Origin: an uncultured Erysipelotrichaceae bacterium
GTDB taxonomy: Bacteria; Bacillota_I; Bacilli_A; Erysipelotrichales; Erysipelotrichaceae
Length of the DNA: 32,000 nt
Assembly (NCBI GenBank): GCA_942493105.1
Contig: OW818668.1
Location: forward strand, 1,830,001-1,862,000
Reading direction: 5' to 3'
The position numbers and the translations under genes were made by a program. Positions 30,951-32,000 of this stretch are shown one piece after another. A model generated the notes under the pieces. That model was not told the origin of the DNA, searched no databases, and saw only the letters and a program-made list of their open reading frames with translations. The stretch's first letter is position 1. Every line of letters starts with the position of its first letter.

Positions 30951-32000
30951 TTACTGTGGCCACTGATAGACACCCTCTTGTCTAAGGCGAATCTTGATAA
31001 AACTATGTTTTCCAAAGACAGACTCCAGTGATGACTTGAGTGAAGCTGTCATCTCTTTTGGGATAAACATCAAGATCGTACCCGCAAAACCACCCCCATG
31101 AACACGCCAGGCGCCTTTGTTTTTGAGATGATCTTCTGCAATCATCAACGCAATGGCTAAGCCTTGCTGAGCAACATGCTTGTTCCAAGTATTTCGAAGA
31201 TAGGTATTAGATGAATTCCCAGAATCAACGATCAAAGACAGGAAACTAACAAGATCAGCCTGCTTCAATGCTTCCATCAAATCAAGGACACGTTGATTTT
31301 CCTGAAAGAAATGATGCGCCCGTAAAATTGCCCGTGAATCATATTTCTCATAGAGCTCTTTTAGTGAAGCATCAAACAGTTTCTTATCGACTCTAGACAA
31401 GACGTCTTGATTGAAATGTCTGGAGATCATTTTACAGTCAGTGAAGATTTCTGCATAATCTGCAGAAAGATCTGCATGTGACCCGCCTGTCTGTACCAAA
31501 CACAGATCCATTTGATCAAACATCGACTGACTGTCTAGTTTGGTCACGATCGGATTGTTTTTATCATAGAAATCAATGGCACAGAAGCCCCCATGGGCAA
31601 TGACCATTTGATCCATCAATCCACAAGGTTTATTGAAGTAGTTGTTTTCGGCCATCTGTGAAATGATTGCCATCAAACTGGGATCCAACTTGCCATGACC
31701 ATAATAGGATTCAAGGATCTTCACAATCAAAACTTCAACCGAAGCCGATGAGGATAATCCAGAACCGGATAAGACATCGCTTTCTACATACGCATCAAAT
31801 CCACCAATCACGCCATAGATTTCTTTGAAATAATAAGCTATTCCGCGAATCAATCCCATGGTCGTAAAGTATTCATCCTCATGAACATTTAAATTGTTGA
31901 GGTCAATGGGTTCGATTTTGTAGTTTTTTGAAACGAATCGGATGATGTTTTCTGTATTCTTAACGGTGAAAGCTACTGTATCTAAGTCGACTGCCATTGC
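30951..32000 (-). CDS. galK: Galactokinase (partial; the N-terminus lies beyond the window edge)
   Basis: The GHMP kinase motif SGSGLSSSASVEV and the C-terminal HGGGFAGT are present. The reading frame stays open to position 32000, and the N-terminal galactokinase signature is not within the window. Confidence 0.9.
   Translation of the reverse strand, partial: AMAVDLDTVAFTVKNTENIIRFVSKNYKIEPIDLNNLNVHEDEYFTTMGLIRGIAYYFKEIYGVIGGFDAYVESDVLSGSGLSSSASVEVLIVKILESYYGHGKLDPSLMAIISQMAENNYFNKPCGLMDQMVIAHGGFCAIDFYDKNNPIVTKLDSQSMFDQMDLCLVQTGGSHADLSADYAEIFTDCKMISRHFNQDVLSRVDKKLFDASLKELYEKYDSRAILRAHHFFQENQRVLDLMEALKQADLVSFLSLIVDSGNSSNTYLRNTWNKHVAQQGLAIALMIAEDHLKNKGAWRVHGGGFAGTILMFIPKEMTASLKSSLESVFGKHSFIKIRLRQEGVYQWPQ

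Noticed and set aside
14685-31188. Remaining short track ORFs nested in or antisense to larger genes. Examples: 14685-14876, 15945-16163, 16611-16856, 17565-17750, 18920-19111, 19750-19959, 22110-22328, 22380-22598, 22767-22976, 23690-23950, 24865-25053, 25735-25938, 28298-28483, 28679-28885, 29075-29308, 30420-30672, 31003-31188
   Set aside because: Each is fully overlapped by a longer gene with family-specific motifs. None has an RBS or a recognisable domain.
1-32000. Mobile elements, CRISPR arrays, prophage or defence-island signatures
   Set aside because: I found no transposase, integrase or recombinase-like ORFs and no terminal inverted repeats flanking gene blocks. I also saw no regularly spaced direct repeats and no tRNA or rRNA genes. 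The compositional feel is uniform across the window.

Overview
AT-rich, Gram-positive-type (Bacillota or Acholeplasma-like) chromosomal segment. It uses the standard genetic code: TGA serves as a stop, for example at 1566-1568. I call 31 tightly packed coding genes, most on the minus strand, and found no rRNA, tRNA, CRISPR array, transposase or phage genes. From left to right the window holds:
- a cytoplasmic 5'-nucleotidase-type metallophosphatase, an SRPBCC protein, a PhnB/VOC protein and an ADP-ribosylglycohydrolase;
- an orphan ribBA;
- a half-size ABC exporter preceded by two translationally coupled GntR/UTRA regulators;
- glycerate kinase, an alpha/beta hydrolase and a metallophosphoesterase;
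- mntP behind a yybP-ykoY Mn2+ riboswitch;
- two small membrane-protein genes that the ORF track missed, behind a structured leader;
- an SDR oxidoreductase;
- a glycerol-3-phosphate dehydrogenase-like operon (GlpA-like, NAD(P)/FAD oxidoreductase, DUF1667) ending in glpP;
- a NagA-like deacetylase and a small FMN-binding lipoprotein;
- an Opu-type osmoprotectant ABC importer;
- a 5TMR-LYT/PAS/degenerate-GGDEF/HD-GYP sensor;
- lacZ and a partial galK.

The most interesting locus is 26.1-27.8 kb. A 415-aa XRE-HTH plus TPR-like (RNPP-type) regulator is transcribed divergently from an unannotated 34-aa signal-peptide-like, Cys-containing pro-peptide gene. Phased direct repeats sit in the shared promoter region. 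A long hairpin separates the peptide gene from the downstream c-di-GMP (HD-GYP) sensor. I propose this as a candidate uncharacterised peptide quorum-sensing cassette.

All calls rest on reading the sequence and on remembered family motifs. No database search was run.
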